NCBI GenBank assembly: GCA_964574125.1
Contig: CAZNLI010000005.1
Coordinates: 431-64,430, forward strand
Origin: an uncultured Methanoregula sp.
Lineage (GTDB): Archaea > Halobacteriota > Methanomicrobia > Methanomicrobiales > Methanospirillaceae
Length of the DNA stretch: 64,000 nucleotides
Reading direction: 5' to 3'
The notes below the pieces were generated by a model. It searched no databases, was not told where the DNA came from, and worked only from the letters and a program-made list of their open reading frames with translations. Below are positions 61,016 through 64,000 of the stretch, in pieces (the first letter of the stretch is position 1; the number at the start of each line of letters is the position of its first letter). Both the position numbers and the translations under genes were made by a program.

Positions 61016-64000
61016 AGGACAGGATTTGTTCAGAGGCGAAACGGTATTTCATTACATTGATTTTCCTTTCCGTCATCATTCTTGTCAGCATTCCTATAGC
61101 ATCGGCAGAACCATTACCGCATCCCCGCCACATTTTTATCAATGTAGCGAATGATGACGGCGTGAAGTTCGATCTTGACGGCGCGAAATACGGTGGACCT
61201 TCCAACACGTATTATATCAAGGCTGACGGTGGTGGTTTGAACGAGCTTCACATCACGACCGATGCAAGTGATACTTATGGGCAGGTTACTGAAAGTAATG
61301 AACAGTCCGGGACGATATATATCACAAATACCGGAGGACGAGGACATGACGAGGATATCATCCTGCTTATTTCCGTGCAGGATCCCATCCCTGATAGCTT
61401 TAAAGTCCACATCAAATCGAGCGGATATACGGACTGGACACTTGTCCCGGATGCATCTGTCTGTGGAAATCCGACATCCCTGACAAATTACAAGTATGTA
61501 CAAGGGGCCGTTGATGCGACGTTTACCAAAGAAGATTTCATCTACGGACCCCAGACATGGAAGCCCGGTCCGGGCTCTGCATATACTGCGATAACCGGTA
61601 CCCTGCCCCTCTATAATGGCCAGGAGATATCGAACACGGCCACGAATGCCCACCTGATGTTTGTGGATCTGAAGGTCGGCAATCTTGAAGAGGGCAAAAC
61701 GTTACCGGACGGAACGACACTTTCCGGTCTCATTGACAAAGGTGCTGCAAAGGTCGAATTCAGTTTCACAAATATGGACACACTGGCAGCATTCAACGGT
61801 TACGGCTGGGTCCTGTATGCAAATCAGTGCCAGGGAATTTCGTGGACAAATCCGACGACAGGTTTTGTAGCAAATGGAGGTGCCAAGCAATCCGGGCAGA
61901 GCGGGTATACTGTAATTGGCGTGCCTCTCTCCTCCTCATCATCGTCAGGATCGGGGGGCAGCTCCGCGAAAATCCAGCGTGAGAGATTCATGCCGGGGAC
62001 ACAACTCCCGGACAACCCGGGCCTGTACGGATATCTGGGAAAATCATTGAGCACGTTCAAAACCGGGACCGTGAACGGATCCCTCCGGTTTTTTTCCGAT
62101 CCGGAGAGCAAACCCATCGTTGCCGGCAGCCGGATCCGGGGGTATAACCTTTCCGTGGATCTTCCAGAAGGATCCAACGTCACATTTGCGCGGATGTACC
62201 TCTACCTGTCCGGCAGCCAGGCCCTCCAGTCCTCTCATGGAGTCATCCCGTCACCCTCGATCCTCCTGGACAAACCGGACGGAACAACCTTAGATCCCGA
62301 CCAGGTGTATTTCGATGACGACGGTGATGATAACCATCTTGTCGCAGCGACCTATGCATACGATATGAATGACTGGATTACTGGAAACGGGACCTATCAC
62401 GTGTACGTCAGGAACGACGATTATGAACATTCCGTGTTTACCATCGAAGGGCTCCTGCTCGTGACCGCTTCTGACAACGAGACGCCGCCTGCCACCAGTT
62501 ACCAGATTGTCGAAGGCTGCGATGTCGTCAGGAGCCTTCCGGAAAAAGGACTGTTTCCGTCAGACTGCATTTCCGGGTTCTCATTCCCGGCATCGATTAA
62601 CATGAGCACTGCAACAGATGCGAACCTGTACCTCGTCTCGACCGGCCTTGACAAGGATAATTCCACCGAGCATACCGTGACATTCAATGAAGGGACATGG
62701 AAAAACGTCCTTGACAACAGGAATGCTTCTCTTATAACAAGGATCCCTGTCGGGGCGTTTCTCAATGAAACCGCCAACCGTGCGAATGTCGAGAGTTCGG
62801 TCTATACCCAGAATGCAGATTACCTGGTGAACCGTAATGCATTCCTTATCGTGCAGTATGGGGGTACGGGAGGCTCTGCGACTGACCTGAATGCCACCAT
62901 GCACGGCGAAATGCCGGCGATACCCTTTGATACAACAAACGTGAACTCCACTGGCAATGGAACGAGTCCCCTTGCAAATGCAAGCCAGCTCTGCAGGATC
63001 GCCCTTGATACCGACCCTGAAGGAGCGCAAATTTATCTTGACGGGACCTACCTCGGAAAGGTAACCCCGGCAACAATCACCGTTGATACAGGGTCTTCGC
63101 ATACAGCGAGATTCGAACTTGAGGGGTACATCCCGGCAGAGATGACATTTACTGCTGTCAATTCCACGTCGCTCAGGACATCCTTGTACTCGCCGACCCA
63201 TGCCCAGAAAGGACGTCTGGGTGAATTACCAGAGGATCCTGATGGAATCCTGTACGGGGGGGTGTATGTCAATTCAAGACCGAGCGGCGAACCAATCCTG
63301 ATCAATGGCGTCAGCACGGGGAAATCCACCCCGTTCATGATCATCGGCCTGAAACCCGGCAGTTATACTGTCTCCCTGGGAAAGCACGCAGGGGTTGCAG
63401 CGGGAGAATGGTTTATGTATCCGGATCAGACCGTCAATGTGTTGCCGGAGATGATCACGCCGGTTGACATTGACGGGATCGATTACTATACGCGGACCGA
63501 TATTATCCTGGATTCCCATCATCTCCGGGGGAGATCGTTCACGATGAACGGGTATATAAATAACAATACAATCCCAACAAAGATCAGTACATCAATGTTC
63601 GACTCATTTGTGACAATCTATGAGAATGAATCCTATGTCTCGTACCCGATACCGATCCCTGTTGTTGTCACGAAGGAAGACCGCTATATCCTCGTTGAAC
63701 CCCGTGAATTCCAGCCCATGAATCTATCAGTGACCTCTGACCCGGTGGGCGCTGAGATTTTCATTGACGGGTTCAGGACCGGGTATCTGACCCCATATTC
63801 ATTCACGAATGTTTCGGATGGGATCCACAGGATCTCTGTTGTAAAAGCAGGCTACATCCCCGGGCAGCGGCTTGTCAACCTGGCCCTGCGCACACCTCTT
63901 GTCGCTATAACAAATGTTGACTTCGACCTTGAGGAATACCCCTCCGGCTTCCTCTATGTCGACAGCGTCCCGCAGGGAGGCAAGATATCAATCGACGGGA
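61012..64000 (+). CDS. large surface protein: X-Y module plus DUF3344-like region plus multiple PEGA domains, 3'-partial
   Basis: Not in the ORF track because there is no stop in the window. ATG 61012 overlaps the previous stop (ATGA). The frame is open to 64000. N-terminal X-Y module ('GGGLNELHITT', 'FIYGPQTWKPG', 'LMFVDLKVG'). Central 'ARMYLYLSGSQ...TYHVYVRNDDYEHSVFTIEGLLLV'. At least 4 PEGA-like repeats ('DTDPEGAQIYLDGTYLGKVTP', 'VNSRPSGEPILINGVSTGKSTP', 'VTSDPVGAEIFIDGFRTGYLTP', 'VDSVPQGGKISIDG'). Confidence 0.8.
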   Translation, partial: MKDRICSEAKRYFITLIFLSVIILVSIPIASAEPLPHPRHIFINVANDDGVKFDLDGAKYGGPSNTYYIKADGGGLNELHITTDASDTYGQVTESNEQSGTIYITNTGGRGHDEDIILLISVQDPIPDSFKVHIKSSGYTDWTLVPDASVCGNPTSLTNYKYVQGAVDATFTKEDFIYGPQTWKPGPGSAYTAITGTLPLYNGQEISNTATNAHLMFVDLKVGNLEEGKTLPDGTTLSGLIDKGAAKVEFSFTNMDTLAAFNGYGWVLYANQCQGISWTNPTTGFVANGGAKQSGQSGYTVIGVPLSSSSSSGSGGSSAKIQRERFMPGTQLPDNPGLYGYLGKSLSTFKTGTVNGSLRFFSDPESKPIVAGSRIRGYNLSVDLPEGSNVTFARMYLYLSGSQALQSSHGVIPSPSILLDKPDGTTLDPDQVYFDDDGDDNHLVAATYAYDMNDWITGNGTYHVYVRNDDYEHSVFTIEGLLLVTASDNETPPATSYQIVEGCDVVRSLPEKGLFPSDCISGFSFPASINMSTATDANLYLVSTGLDKDNSTEHTVTFNEGTWKNVLDNRNASLITRIPVGAFLNETANRANVESSVYTQNADYLVNRNAFLIVQYGGTGGSATDLNATMHGEMPAIPFDTTNVNSTGNGTSPLANASQLCRIALDTDPEGAQIYLDGTYLGKVTPATITVDTGSSHTARFELEGYIPAEMTFTAVNSTSLRTSLYSPTHAQKGRLGELPEDPDGILYGGVYVNSRPSGEPILINGVSTGKSTPFMIIGLKPGSYTVSLGKHAGVAAGEWFMYPDQTVNVLPEMITPVDIDGIDYYTRTDIILDSHHLRGRSFTMNGYINNNTIPTKISTSMFDSFVTIYENESYVSYPIPIPVVVTKEDRYILVEPREFQPMNLSVTSDPVGAEIFIDGFRTGYLTPYSFTNVSDGIHRISVVKAGYIPGQRLVNLALRTPLVAITNVDFDLEEYPSGFLYVDSVPQGGKISIDG

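Noticed and set aside
1-64000. CRISPR arrays, rRNA genes, transposases/integrases, prophage or known defence systems
   Set aside because: No regularly spaced direct repeats with unique spacers were seen. There are no rRNA-like segments and no recognisable transposase, integrase, Cas, restriction-modification or BREX/DISARM components. The Lon-like protease lacks BREX partners.

Overview
A 64-kb chromosomal segment, about 58% GC by eye and densely coding. It is most consistent with a methanogenic archaeon of the Methanomicrobiales type. The evidence is archaeal housekeeping genes (MfnA tyrosine decarboxylase for methanofuran, Dph2, archaeal Hpt, METTL5-like methylase, NreA plus ATP-dependent DNA ligase, PEP synthase, SerA, tRNA-Val), PEF-CTERM sorting signals, TATA-box promoters and oligo-T terminators. 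The core block runs from about 13.5 to 42 kb. It is flanked by two accessory, cell-envelope-rich regions. Region 1 (1-13.5 kb) holds at least 5 genes carrying at least 9 copies of a secreted 'xGTTxLPxG' domain. It also holds an ABC-2 exporter with a COG1470-type protein and a Tfx-like regulator with two tandem membrane paralogs, and it has shared promoter cassettes. Region 2 (42-64 kb) holds TupABC, an ECF transporter operon, two stand-alone TiaS-kinase-domain-like 'IDDTD' paralogs and PEF-CTERM proteins including a decayed one. It also holds an orphan ABC-ATPase/G3E-GTPase/Fe-S His-rich triad, a MoxR-DUF58-VWA operon and a three-gene paralogous surface-protein operon ending in a PEGA-repeat giant. 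One relative of that surface family, inside the ECF operon, has its two domains in swapped order. No CRISPR array, rRNA, transposase or integrase was recognised. Many long ORFs in the track are antisense shadows of real genes. All functional calls rest on motif recognition by eye, and none was checked against a database.
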